From contig CAYVMI010000019.1 of the NCBI GenBank assembly GCA_964452555.1, forward strand, positions 6,288 to 70,287: DNA of 64,000 bases, given 5' to 3'. Source of the stretch: an uncultured Desulfobacterales bacterium (GTDB lineage: Bacteria > Desulfobacterota > Desulfobacteria > Desulfobacterales > B30-G6). The translations under genes were made by a program, and so were the position numbers. Positions 8,589 through 18,476 of the stretch are shown here, piece by piece. How positions within the stretch are numbered: the stretch's first letter is position 1; every line of letters starts with the position of its first letter. The notes beneath the pieces were generated by a model. It did not search any database, was not told the origin of the DNA, and was given only the letters and a program-made list of their open reading frames with translations.

Positions 8589-9896
8589 ATGCCCTGGAAC
8601 AAAGAATTCGAGTGTATGCCGGTTGAAAAGCTCCAAAAATTACAACTGGAAAAATTAAAAGAAACCATTGAGTGGGTATCCAAAAAGGTTCCGTTTTATC
8701 AAAAAAAATTCAAAGAAATGAATCTGAAACCGGGCGACATCAAAAGCCTGGAAGATATTGCCAAGTTTCCGGTTACGGTTAAGGAAGACCTCCGTGATAA
8801 TTATCCCTTTGGATTGTGTGCCGTCCCCATGAAAGACGTCGTTCGGGTGCATGCCTCTTCCGGGACAACAGGCAAGCCCATTACCGGACCCTACACGTTC
8901 GAAGATTTGGAACAGTGGACCGAATGCATGGTTCGAAATTTTTGGGCTGCCGGGGTCCGACCCGAAGATGTGGTACAGAATGCCTATGGCCATGGCTTAT
9001 TTACAGGCGGTCTTGGATTTCATCAGGGAGCTACCGGCCTTAAATGCACGACCGTGCCGACAAGCGCAGGCTTAACCGAACGCCAAATTACCATCATGCA
9101 GGACTTTGGCACCAATATCCTTTGTTGTACACCCTCTTATGCCCTGACCATTGCCGAACGTGCCGAAGAACTAAAGGTCGACATCCGGTCGTTGCCGGTT
9201 CGCGCAGGCATATTCGGTGCCGAACCTTGGACGACACCCATGCGTAAAGAAATCGAAGAACGCATGGGCATCAAGGCTCATGAAGCCTATGGTTTGACTG
9301 AACTCGGTGGACCGGGCGTTTCCTTTGACTGCGAGGTTCAGGACGGCCTGCATATCAATGAGGATCATTATCTGGCTGAAATCGTCGATCCGGCTACCAT
9401 GGAACCGGTACCCTTGGGAGAAAAAGGGGAGCTCATCTTCACATCGCTGCAACGCAGAGCCATGCCGATGATTCGCTACCGCACCAAGGATATTACCAGT
9501 CTCCGGCGTGAAAAGTGTGCCTGCGGCCGAACCTTAATTAAAATGCAAAAAGTATTCGGGCGTACCGATGACATGCTGATCATCAGCGGTGTCAATGTGT
9601 TTCCATCCCAGATTGAATCGTTATTACTGGATGTTGAGGAAGTAGAGCCGCAATACCGCCTGGTGGTCCGCAAAAAGGGCTATCTTGACCAACTGATTGT
9701 ACAGGTTGAAGCCAAGAAAGAAGTATACGACGCCGGCAAGGAAAAACAGTCCGAAATCGAAGGCAAAATCATGGGTCACATTAAGGGCAACATGGGCATC
9801 AGTGTCGAAGTAAACCTGGTTGAGCCCAAATTCATCGCCCGCAGCGAAGGCAAGGCTCTGCGGGTTGTGGATGAACGGCCCAAGCAAGAGCGCTAA
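8589..9896 (+). CDS. paaK: Phenylacetate-CoA ligase family protein
   Basis: SSGTTGKP motif, PaaK-like N-terminus, 435 aa. AAGGAGG SD. Confidence 0.9.
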   Translation: MPWNKEFECMPVEKLQKLQLEKLKETIEWVSKKVPFYQKKFKEMNLKPGDIKSLEDIAKFPVTVKEDLRDNYPFGLCAVPMKDVVRVHASSGTTGKPITGPYTFEDLEQWTECMVRNFWAAGVRPEDVVQNAYGHGLFTGGLGFHQGATGLKCTTVPTSAGLTERQITIMQDFGTNILCCTPSYALTIAERAEELKVDIRSLPVRAGIFGAEPWTTPMRKEIEERMGIKAHEAYGLTELGGPGVSFDCEVQDGLHINEDHYLAEIVDPATMEPVPLGEKGELIFTSLQRRAMPMIRYRTKDITSLRREKCACGRTLIKMQKVFGRTDDMLIISGVNVFPSQIESLLLDVEEVEPQYRLVVRKKGYLDQLIVQVEAKKEVYDAGKEKQSEIEGKIMGHIKGNMGISVEVNLVEPKFIARSEGKALRVVDERPKQER

Positions 9897-9953
9897 TAAA
9901 AGCCTACGCGCTTTTATGTGAAGCGACTTTGTCGCTTTATAAAGCAAAAATTA

Positions 9954-10026
9954 GACGGTTTTGTAAAAAGTTCAAATTCAAGTGCGTGCTGCACAACGCA
10001 GAAGTTGAGCTTTTTACGAAACCGTC
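9954..10026 (+). repeat. Intercistronic hairpin with a 22-bp stem, ending 15 nt before the next start codon
   Basis: 9954-9975 pairs with 10005-10026. The only two non-Watson-Crick positions are U:G on the plus-strand transcript and would be C:A on the minus strand. Inner mini-hairpin TGCGT...ACGCA. Confidence 0.75.
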
Positions 10027-10041
10027 AATAGGGGGAAAGGT

Positions 10042-10986
10042 ATGGGAGAAGAAAAAGTATTAGATCCCCAGAAATTCGCCGTAATCGGTGCCGGCCCGGT
10101 TGGAAGCATCTTAGCCGCATTCCTGGCTAAGAACGGATATGATGTTACCCTCTGCGACATATTAGAGGATTTGCTGGCGCCGGCGCTTGATCCCGGCATC
10201 ACGATTGAAGGCGCCGAAAATATGGTTCAGCCGGTAACGCGTGTCTGTCAGGCTGTAGACGAAATAGCTGACAATCCGCCTGACGTTATCTTCATTACCG
10301 TGAAAGCCAATGCGCTGCCCCTCATCGTATCAGCCATTGAAGGATTCTATCAGGATGGCATGTCGGTAGTCAGCTGGCAGAACGGCATCGATACTGAGCT
10401 GGAAATATCAAAAACGCTGGGAAACAAGTCTGCCATGCGGGCAGTTGTAAACTATGGCTGCGGGCTAAAAGCGCCCGGACACGTCGTCATGCCGTTTCAC
10501 CACCCACCCCACTATATCCAGGAACTTGATCCGGAATCAAAAGACGCCGCGATTGCCATCGCCGGGGCTTTGTCCGAAAGTGGCCTGGAAACGGCGCATA
10601 CCGACCAAATCATTTCGATGGTATGGCGTAAAGCCGTTATGAACGCCTGCATGAATCCTGTTTGTGCCGTAACCGGCCTTACCATGGCCCAGGCCATGGG
10701 TGACCCGATTGTTTTCAACATTGTCGACTGCCTGGTTAAGGAATGCATAAAAGTGGCACGCGCCAATGAAATAAATCTGGGCTGGGATTTTTATCCATTT
10801 GCCATCAATTATATGCGCAATGCCGGAAATCACAAGCCCTCCATGTTGATGGACATTGAAAGTAATCGTCGAACCGAAATCGACTATATCAATGGCAAGT
10901 TTGTGGCGTACGGTGAGCGGGCCGGTATTGAAACCCCCTACAACAACACCTTGCGGTCACTGGTTAAAGGGCTAGAATCCAGATAA
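10042..10986 (+). CDS. 2-dehydropantoate 2-reductase family (PanE/ApbA-like 2-oxoacid reductase)
   Basis: VIGAGPVGSILA Rossmann motif; family-typical length. Stop overlaps the next ATG (TAATG). Confidence 0.85.
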   Translation: MGEEKVLDPQKFAVIGAGPVGSILAAFLAKNGYDVTLCDILEDLLAPALDPGITIEGAENMVQPVTRVCQAVDEIADNPPDVIFITVKANALPLIVSAIEGFYQDGMSVVSWQNGIDTELEISKTLGNKSAMRAVVNYGCGLKAPGHVVMPFHHPPHYIQELDPESKDAAIAIAGALSESGLETAHTDQIISMVWRKAVMNACMNPVCAVTGLTMAQAMGDPIVFNIVDCLVKECIKVARANEINLGWDFYPFAINYMRNAGNHKPSMLMDIESNRRTEIDYINGKFVAYGERAGIETPYNNTLRSLVKGLESR

Positions 10987-11768
10987 TGTCTTCTTCTAAA
11001 CCTATTTACGTGGGTGTGGATGTGGGTGCGTCCCGCACAAAGGTCGCGATCCTAAATGCCCAGAAAAGCCTGTTAGGTCACGCGGTTCAAAAGTCTGGTA
11101 CGGACTTCGCTGCGACGGCGAATCGTTGTCTGCAAATGTCCTTGGAGATGGCGGGTGCCACTAAGGAAGATATGAAGCGCGTTGTGTCCACCGGATATGG
11201 CCGCAAGAATGTCACCTACACGCATGCGACCAAAACCGAGATCGGATGCCATGCCAAAGGCTGTTATCTTTATTACCCAACGGCGATCACGATTATCGAC
11301 ATCGGCGGCCAGGATAATAAAGTCATAAAATTAGATGAAAGCGGTCGTCGAACCGGTTTTAAAATGAATCGCAAATGTGCAGCCGGTACAGGGGCATTTC
11401 TGGAAGAAATGTCACCCCGCCTGGACATCCCGTTGGAAGACATGGATGGATTGGCCCGGCAATCCAAAGATATGGTCAAGTTAGGCAGTTTCTGTACTGT
11501 ATTTTCAGGAACCGAGGTGCTGGAAAATATCAGGCGGGGCAAAAAAATAAGTGATATTATCAAGGGACTGTTTTACTCGGTAACCAAACGTGTCATCGAA
11601 ATGGATGCCCTCAGTGAAAAAGTCGTAATGACTGGCGGGGTCGTGGCCCACAATCCCTATCTGGTTACCATGATGGAAGAAATAATTGGCAGATCCATCA
11701 GCGTGCCTGAACATCCGCAACTTACCGGTGCCATTGGCGCAGCAATTTATGCCCTAGAAGCGGTTTAG
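10986..11768 (+). CDS. Acyl-CoA dehydratase activase (BcrAD/BadFG/HgdC-type ATPase)
   Basis: GVDVGASRTKVA and DIGGQDNKVI ASKHA motifs. Cys residues in NRKCAAGTG and GSFCTVF. Confidence 0.9.
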   Translation: MSSSKPIYVGVDVGASRTKVAILNAQKSLLGHAVQKSGTDFAATANRCLQMSLEMAGATKEDMKRVVSTGYGRKNVTYTHATKTEIGCHAKGCYLYYPTAITIIDIGGQDNKVIKLDESGRRTGFKMNRKCAAGTGAFLEEMSPRLDIPLEDMDGLARQSKDMVKLGSFCTVFSGTEVLENIRRGKKISDIIKGLFYSVTKRVIEMDALSEKVVMTGGVVAHNPYLVTMMEEIIGRSISVPEHPQLTGAIGAAIYALEAV

Positions 11769-11913
11769 GCTGTAGACTGGTAGACTACTAGTTGGTTGCA
11801 ATATAGAGATTTCCGCATTTGATCGGTTAAAAGTTTTAGGTATTAGGTTTTTGGGCATTATAATCTAATAGCAATTTACGCCTAACTGCCCAACAGTCTT
11901 AAGCCTTATAACC
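11762..11913 (+). repeat. Long, loosely paired word-repeat hairpin (TAGAC / CTAA family)
   Basis: 11762-11795 GGTTTAGGCTGTAGACTGGTAGAC... is partly complementary to 11881-11913 CCTAACTGCCCAACAGTCTTAAGCC.... Pairing is patchy. Confidence 0.35.
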
Positions 11914-11994
11914 TATTCACACAAATTGGTGCTGTAGCTGAATAATTCCAACTAACCATCTTAAAATCTCAATAATTTGGTAAAGGGGTTAAAA

Positions 11995-13239
11995 ATGAAT
12001 GAGGAAAAGAAAATCAACATTCGACGTTTGAAGACGGCCCGGGACATGGGCAAATTCATGGCTGACTACTATTATGAACTGGATGAGGCCTCTAAAAGTG
12101 GTAAGCAAAAAATAGCCTGGTGCACCAGCGTCGGCCCGGCGGAAATTTTGCGTGGCATGGGGTACTTAACCTATTTTCCGGAAACTCACTCCGCCATGCT
12201 CGGTACCACGCGCATGGCCGTGGATTTGATCCCCAAAGCAAATGCATTGGGCTATTCGCCTGACATTTGCTCTTACCTAACGGCGGATGTCGGCGCTTTT
12301 TTGGAAGGTGTTACGCCGCTTTCTAGGGCATTCAAAGGAATTGAATCTGTTCCCAAGCCGGACGTATTGGTTTTCAATACCAATCAATGTCGTGATGTGC
12401 AGGATTGGTTTGCCTGGTACGGCGAAAAATTCAACGTGCCGGTGGTCGGTGTGCATTCTTATGTAGGCGTCAAAGAGGTTACCCCTTCACATATCACTTC
12501 AATTGCCAAGCAAATGGAAAATATTGTCGAACCATTGGAGGAAGTCGCCGGGCGTAAGCTGGACATGGATGAATTCAAACACGCCGTCGGTCTATCCCGG
12601 GAATGCTCGGACCTATGGGAAAAATGTCTGGCGGCTGCAGCCGCAAAACCCTCTCCCATCTCATTTTTCGATGCCACCACTTTGATGGGTCCGGCCGTCG
12701 TCGGGCGCGGGACCCAAAAGGCCATCGATGCCTATCAGCTCCTGCTGGAAGAATTAGAGGAACGCGTGGATGCCAGCACCGGTGTAATCGACGACGAGCA
12801 GCACCGCATTTATTGGGACGGCATGCCGGTTTGGGGACGATTAAGCATGCATTCCAAACTTTTCGCCGGCTTGAACGCCAATGTGATCGCTTCGACATAT
12901 TGCAGCTCTTGGATCTTTTCGGCGCTGGATGCGGATGATCCGTTTAACAGCATGGCCAGAGCATACACGGAGCTTTTTATTGTTCGGTCGGATGAGTACA
13001 AGGAAGATTACATCAAAAACAAACTCGAATTATTCGATATTGACGGTGTGGTTTACCACGATGCCAAAACGTGCCCCAACAACTCCAACTGTCGATACGG
13101 TCTACCCCAGCGCTTGGAAAGCATTACCAAGATCCCAAGCCTGACCATCAATGGAGATTTGAACGATCTGCGTCTCCTCTCGGACGAGCAAACCAAGACC
13201 AATGTGGAGGCCTTTATCGAGCAACTGGAAGAAAAATAA
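11995..13239 (+). CDS. 2-hydroxyacyl-CoA dehydratase family (HgdB/BcrC/YjiM-like) Fe-S protein; single subunit
   Basis: HGD-D family-like sequence with conserved Cys contexts (AWCTS, DICSY, NQCRD, KTCPNNSNC). ATG at 11995 preceded by AAAGGGG, preferred to the TTG at 11977. Confidence 0.85.
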   Translation: MNEEKKINIRRLKTARDMGKFMADYYYELDEASKSGKQKIAWCTSVGPAEILRGMGYLTYFPETHSAMLGTTRMAVDLIPKANALGYSPDICSYLTADVGAFLEGVTPLSRAFKGIESVPKPDVLVFNTNQCRDVQDWFAWYGEKFNVPVVGVHSYVGVKEVTPSHITSIAKQMENIVEPLEEVAGRKLDMDEFKHAVGLSRECSDLWEKCLAAAAAKPSPISFFDATTLMGPAVVGRGTQKAIDAYQLLLEELEERVDASTGVIDDEQHRIYWDGMPVWGRLSMHSKLFAGLNANVIASTYCSSWIFSALDADDPFNSMARAYTELFIVRSDEYKEDYIKNKLELFDIDGVVYHDAKTCPNNSNCRYGLPQRLESITKIPSLTINGDLNDLRLLSDEQTKTNVEAFIEQLEEK

Positions 13240-13273
13240 AATCGCTAGGGATTTTATTTTAGAGGAGGATGTT

Positions 13274-15352
13274 ATGCTGGAAAGTTTGTTTCGCCCCAAG
13301 TCTGTCGCCGTGATCGGGGCATCTACCAAAGAATTGTCCATCGGAAATCGTGTCATCCGCAATCTGGTCGATTTTGGATTTAAAGGTCCCATATATCCCA
13401 TAAATCCAAAGGCGGATGAAGTGCGCGGCATCAAGGCCTACAAATCTATTTTGGATGCACCCGACAACATCGATGTGGTTCACATGGTTATTCCGGCCAA
13501 GTTTGTGCCGATGGCAGTCGAAGACTGCGGCAAAAAGGGTGTCAAAAACATTATTATCAATTCAGGTGGGTTCTCTGAAATCGGACCTGAAGGCGAAGCC
13601 TATGAAAAGGATTTTCTTGAAAAGGCCAGGCAGTATAATATCCGCGTTCTCGGCCCTAATTGCCAGGGCATCATCAACAGCGATCCGGACGTCAGAGCCT
13701 ATTGCAACTTTACCTTCACCAAACCGGATATCGGCCATATCTCCATTGTGGCCCTCAGTGGCGGTGTTGCCGAAGTTATTCACCAGGGTTTTTCAGCCAT
13801 GGGTGTTGGCACGCGGATATACGCATCCAACGGCAATGCCTGCGACATTACCATTCCGGAAATCATCCAATATCTCGGTGATGATGAAGGCACCCGTGTA
13901 ATCGTCACCTATGTTGAAGGTTTGCGGGACCCGGCTACGTTTATGAAAGTGGCCCGCGAAGTTGCCGCCAAAAAGCCAATTTTAGCCATGAAAGCCGGGC
14001 GCACAGTGGAAGGCGCCAAGGCGGCCGCTTCCCATACCGGTGGACTTGCCAAGGAGGATTTAGCCACGGACCTGATTTTCAAAAAGGCCGGTGTGTTGAC
14101 CTTTATGGACGAAGGTGAACTCATTCAGGCTGCGGCGGCTTTTGCTTCCCAGCCGATACCCAAAGGCAACCGCGTCGGACTGATTACCAATACAGGCGGA
14201 CCCGCTGTTATCGCCACTGACATCCTGGTGGGAGCCGGAGCTGAGATTCCACCGCTTTCGGCAAAAACCGAGACTGTATTAAAAGAGAATCTTTACCCGG
14301 AGGCGTCCGTCAACAATCCGGTGGATGTATTGGCCACCGGAAATGCCGCCCATTACCGGACCTGCATGGATGCCATGCTGGATGACGATGCTTTCGATGC
14401 ACTGTACATCAATTTCGTGACGCCCTTTTTCGTGGATACCGACAGTATCGCCAAAGAAATAGCGGCGGTTAATCAGTTGCAGCAGAAACCCATGGTCTGC
14501 AATCTGATGACGGATAAACGTCAATGGACTGAAACAGTAAAGATCCTCAAGGAGGCCCAGGTGCCTACATTCAGCCTGCCGGGTGAGGCTGCGCGTGCCA
14601 TGACAGCTCTGGTGCGCTATCAAGGCACGCGATCACGTGACATTGGAACGGCAACGGTGTTTGATGATGTGGACAAATCCAAAGTGGCCGACATCCTATC
14701 AGCTGCTTCTGATGCGGGGCGTAGTTTTTTAACATCCGCGGATGCATATGATATTTTAACGGCCTATGGCATTCCTTGCGCTGAATACGCCATGGCCGCA
14801 ACACCCGAAGATGCGGTTGCCACAGCGGAAAATATCGGCTTTCCGGTGGTTGTCAAGGCTGACGCCGCCGCTATTGTTCACAAAAGCGACATGGGGGCTG
14901 TGGCTGTCAATTTAACCAGCGCCGCCGATGTTCGGCAGACAGTGACTGACATGCAGCAACGCCTCAAAGCGGATGACCTCACCTTCCTGATTCAGAAATT
15001 CGTACCGGAAGGGCTGGAAGTTATTCTGGGGGCTAAAGCCGAACCGGGCTTGGGACACTTGATCATGTTTGGCATGGGTGGCATCTATGTGGAGGTGCTC
15101 AAAGATGTGATTTTCAATCTGACGCCTGTTACCGAATTCGAAGCCCGGGAAATGATGGATGGCATTCAATTAGCGCCGATACTCAAAGGCGTCCGCGGGG
15201 AAACTGGTGTTTACCAGGACGGTATTGCAGAACTCATTCAGCGCCTATCGCAGCTGGTATCCGATCACCCGTCGATTCAAGAATTGGATCTGAATCCAAC
15301 CTTGGCCTTTGAGGAAAGTGTGGTGGCTGTGGATGTACGCATCAGTATTTAA
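13274..15352 (+). CDS. ADP-forming acyl-CoA synthetase (fused CoA-binding and ATP-grasp domains)
   Basis: KSVAVIGAS CoA-binding N-terminus and ATP-grasp C-terminal half. ATG at 13274 with AGGAGGA SD, preferred to 13202. Confidence 0.9.
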   Translation: MLESLFRPKSVAVIGASTKELSIGNRVIRNLVDFGFKGPIYPINPKADEVRGIKAYKSILDAPDNIDVVHMVIPAKFVPMAVEDCGKKGVKNIIINSGGFSEIGPEGEAYEKDFLEKARQYNIRVLGPNCQGIINSDPDVRAYCNFTFTKPDIGHISIVALSGGVAEVIHQGFSAMGVGTRIYASNGNACDITIPEIIQYLGDDEGTRVIVTYVEGLRDPATFMKVAREVAAKKPILAMKAGRTVEGAKAAASHTGGLAKEDLATDLIFKKAGVLTFMDEGELIQAAAAFASQPIPKGNRVGLITNTGGPAVIATDILVGAGAEIPPLSAKTETVLKENLYPEASVNNPVDVLATGNAAHYRTCMDAMLDDDAFDALYINFVTPFFVDTDSIAKEIAAVNQLQQKPMVCNLMTDKRQWTETVKILKEAQVPTFSLPGEAARAMTALVRYQGTRSRDIGTATVFDDVDKSKVADILSAASDAGRSFLTSADAYDILTAYGIPCAEYAMAATPEDAVATAENIGFPVVVKADAAAIVHKSDMGAVAVNLTSAADVRQTVTDMQQRLKADDLTFLIQKFVPEGLEVILGAKAEPGLGHLIMFGMGGIYVEVLKDVIFNLTPVTEFEAREMMDGIQLAPILKGVRGETGVYQDGIAELIQRLSQLVSDHPSIQELDLNPTLAFEESVVAVDVRISI

Positions 15353-15371
15353 GCAACAAGGTTTAAGCCAC

Positions 15372-15406
15372 AGCTATAAGCTGCTAAGAGCCAGCAGTTA
15401 AGAGCT
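15372..15406 (+). repeat. Small word-repeat hairpin (AGCTGCT / AGCAGTT)
   Basis: 15379-15385 pairs with 15393-15399 including one G:U, with a patchy extension. Confidence 0.35.
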
Positions 15407-15500
15407 AATAGCCGCGGCGCAAAATTTAGAGTTTCCAGCATAATATGGTAGAATCACGAATAATATATCACCTTGATAGCATCAAGAAGGAGCGCCGCCT

Positions 15501-17054
15501 ATGACCGCCTGGATGAATTTGGGCCAGCAGCTCAAGATGAATGCCGCTAAATACCCCGATACGATTGCACTGGCCGACAAAGACCGCCGATTTACCTATC
15601 CCCAAACCAACCAGCGCGTAAACCAGCTCAGCCACAGCCTGCTGTCTATGGGATTGAAAAAAGGCGACAAGGTTGCTGTATTTATGGAGAACAGTATCGA
15701 AATCATAGAAGTTTTCCTGGCAACCGCCAAGACTGGTTTGGTGATTGTGCCCATCAACTTCCGTTTAGTAGGCAAGGAGGTTGCTTACATCGTCAATAAT
15801 TCAGATGCCAAAGCCTTCTTTATTGATGATGAGTTCGCCCCCATGATTAACGGCATCAAAGCAACGCTCACCAACATTCCATCAGAGAATTACGTCGTTA
15901 TCGGTGAAGCTGTTGACGGCTACAAAGAATACGAACGCTTCATTGAGTCCGGTTCCAACCTCGAACCGGTATGCGCGGTTGACTCTAAAGACACCTGGAT
16001 TCTCATATATACATCCGGTACAACCGGCAAACCCAAAGGGGTGGTGCGCTCACATGAATCGCATATAGCTTTTTACCTGATCAACGGCATTGATTTCGGC
16101 TTCAACGAACATGATGTCTGCTTGAATGTCATGCCCCTGTGCCACATTAATTCAACCTTTTTTACCTTTACATTCCTGTATATAGGGGCCAGTGTATACG
16201 TGCATCCTGCCCGGTCCTTCAAGCCTGAAGAAATCCTCTACATCATTCAAAATGAGAAAATTACCTTCATTTCCCTGATTCCCACCCATTATAACCTGAT
16301 TCTCAATATTACTGATCAAGCCCAGAAATATGACGTTGGCTCTATTCGCAAATTGCTCTGTTCTTCCGCCCCGGTGCGCAAGCAGATGAAGCTGGCCATC
16401 ATGGATTTTTTTCCGGGCGTGGATCTCTATGAGGGGTATGGGTCCACTGAGGCCGGCATTGTAACCGTGCTCAAGCCGGATGACCAGCTCAAAAAACTGG
16501 GTTCCATCGGCTACGAATCTTTGGGAACTGATTTCATCAAGGTTCTGGATGAAAATGGAAACGAAGTGCCCGCCGGTGAGGTCGGAGAGCTCTACTCGCG
16601 CGGCCCGATGCTTTTCGATGAGTACTATAAATTGCCGGACAAGACCAAAGAAGCCTTTCAAGGGGAATGGTTCAGCGCCGGTGACATGGCCCGTAAAGAT
16701 GAAAATGGCTTTTATCAAATCGTTGATCGCAAGGATAATATGATTATCACCGGTGGTGAAAATGTTTATCCCAGTGAAATCGAAGAGGTTGTCGGAAGTC
16801 ATGAATGTGTTTTCGACTGTGCCGTGATTGGCATGCCGGATGACAAATGGGGCGAGAAAGTTGTGGCCGTGGTGATACCTAAAGGAAACGAAGACGTGGA
16901 ACTGACTGAAGACATGATCATTGATTGCTGTCGTGATCAGATGGCCGGTTATAAACGTCCCAAGGAAATTCTCTTTATTAAAGAAGACGATATGCCGCGA
17001 ACTCCCACAGGGAAGATATTGCATCGCAAACTACGAGAAAAATTTAAAGAATAA
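15501..17054 (+). CDS. AMP-dependent acyl-CoA synthetase/ligase
   Basis: YTSGTTGKPKGV and GWFSAGDMA...DRKDNMIITGGENVYP motifs. AAGGAG SD. Confidence 0.92.
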   Translation: MTAWMNLGQQLKMNAAKYPDTIALADKDRRFTYPQTNQRVNQLSHSLLSMGLKKGDKVAVFMENSIEIIEVFLATAKTGLVIVPINFRLVGKEVAYIVNNSDAKAFFIDDEFAPMINGIKATLTNIPSENYVVIGEAVDGYKEYERFIESGSNLEPVCAVDSKDTWILIYTSGTTGKPKGVVRSHESHIAFYLINGIDFGFNEHDVCLNVMPLCHINSTFFTFTFLYIGASVYVHPARSFKPEEILYIIQNEKITFISLIPTHYNLILNITDQAQKYDVGSIRKLLCSSAPVRKQMKLAIMDFFPGVDLYEGYGSTEAGIVTVLKPDDQLKKLGSIGYESLGTDFIKVLDENGNEVPAGEVGELYSRGPMLFDEYYKLPDKTKEAFQGEWFSAGDMARKDENGFYQIVDRKDNMIITGGENVYPSEIEEVVGSHECVFDCAVIGMPDDKWGEKVVAVVIPKGNEDVELTEDMIIDCCRDQMAGYKRPKEILFIKEDDMPRTPTGKILHRKLREKFKE

Positions 17055-17200
17055 AAAATTTATACAGATCAATAAATCTTTTATATGATGCAGGACATCC
17101 GCCCTGCGATTATATTGGCAGAGGTTTGTAACAAAATATAAATGCGGCGAAGCCGCACCAAATAAAATCGTGAAACGATTTTATTTTAAGGAGGAAACTT

Positions 17201-18394
17201 ATGTTAACTAAGGCCTATATCCCCTACGGCGGCTATTACAGCACGCCATTCTGTCGCTGGCAAGGTAGCATGCAGAATGAAAACTCGATCATCCTGGCAG
17301 CCGACACATCCAAACGCTGGCTTGAAGCCAAAGGTATTGATGCCGGCGTATTTGATTATTTGTATCTGGGCATCACCATCAGCCAGCTCAGCCAATTTTA
17401 TGCAGCGCCATGGGCCGCGGCCTTGATGGGCGCCGGGCACGTTCCCGGCATTGCCCTCAGCCAGGCCTGCACCACCGGTACAACCTGCATCTACCAGGCC
17501 GCCGTGGGTGTCGAAGCCGGCCTGTATAAAAATGCCTATGTCATGACCACGGATCGCACCTCCAACGGCCCCCATACCATTTGGCCTAATCCCAAAGGCC
17601 CGGGTGGGGAAGTCATTTCGGAAAATTGGCTTATGGACAACTTCAACGCCGATCCCAATGTTGGACTGCGTATGATCGAAACAGCGGAAAATGTTGCCAA
17701 GGAAGAAAACATCACCAAGGAAGAATGCGATGCGGCGGCCCTAAAACGATATGAACAGTATCTGATGGCCCTGGAAAATGATCGCGAATTCCAGAAAAGG
17801 TATATGTTTGGGGCCGAAATCAAGCTTTCCAGAAAAAAAACCATAATGGTGGAAGAGGATGAAGGCATTACGCCCACCAGCGCAGAAGGATTGGCAAAAC
17901 TAAGACCTTTGATACCTGACGGCGTTGTCAGCTTTGGTGCCCAGACCCATCCGGCAGACGGCAATGCCAGTCTGATCGTCACCACTGAAGAACAGGCTAA
18001 GGAATTAAGCGCCGACCCATCAATCCCCGTTCAGGTGGTGACTTATGGATTTTCCAGGGAGAGAAAAGGCTATATGGCTGCGGCACCGGTTCCGGCAACA
18101 AAAATAGCTTTGGATAACGCCGGCTTGTCCATCGGCGACATGGCCGTTATCAAATCGCACAACCCCTTTATTGTTAACGACATCAATTTTGCCAACAAAT
18201 TCGACATTGATGTCAACAGCATGAACAACTATGGCTGCTCCATGATATATGGCCACCCCCAAGGATCCACGGCTACACGCTTGATTATCGAAGGCATAGA
18301 AGAGACCGCCATGAAGGGCGGCGGGTATTTTCTGTGGACCGGTTGCGCCGCCGGTGATTGCGGTGCAGCACTGATCCTTAAGGTTGGAAAATAA
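17201..18394 (+). CDS. Thiolase family acetyl-CoA C-acyltransferase
   Basis: SQACTTG nucleophile, YGHPQGSTA His region, GCAAGDCGAAL C-terminal Cys. AAGGAGG SD. Confidence 0.9.
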   Translation: MLTKAYIPYGGYYSTPFCRWQGSMQNENSIILAADTSKRWLEAKGIDAGVFDYLYLGITISQLSQFYAAPWAAALMGAGHVPGIALSQACTTGTTCIYQAAVGVEAGLYKNAYVMTTDRTSNGPHTIWPNPKGPGGEVISENWLMDNFNADPNVGLRMIETAENVAKEENITKEECDAAALKRYEQYLMALENDREFQKRYMFGAEIKLSRKKTIMVEEDEGITPTSAEGLAKLRPLIPDGVVSFGAQTHPADGNASLIVTTEEQAKELSADPSIPVQVVTYGFSRERKGYMAAAPVPATKIALDNAGLSIGDMAVIKSHNPFIVNDINFANKFDIDVNSMNNYGCSMIYGHPQGSTATRLIIEGIEETAMKGGGYFLWTGCAAGDCGAALILKVGK

Positions 18395-18422
18395 ATTAAA
18401 AGCCCTTAATTTATTTTATGAA

Positions 18423-18447
18423 GCCCCGGTTTTCCCGGGGCTTTTTT
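18423..18447 (+). terminator. Rho-independent terminator after the thiolase gene
   Basis: GCCCCGG / CCGGGGC stem (18423-18429, 18435-18441) followed by TTTTTT. Confidence 0.75.
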
Positions 18448-18476
18448 CAATTTGAATTGTGTTCTTTCGTCTAGGA

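Noticed and set aside
16152-17024. 290-aa ORF antisense to the AMP-dependent ligase gene
   Set aside because: It lies entirely inside a well-supported ligase CDS with clear motifs. Its product is low-complexity with no motifs and no SD. Long shadow ORFs antisense to adenylate-forming enzyme genes are a common artefact.
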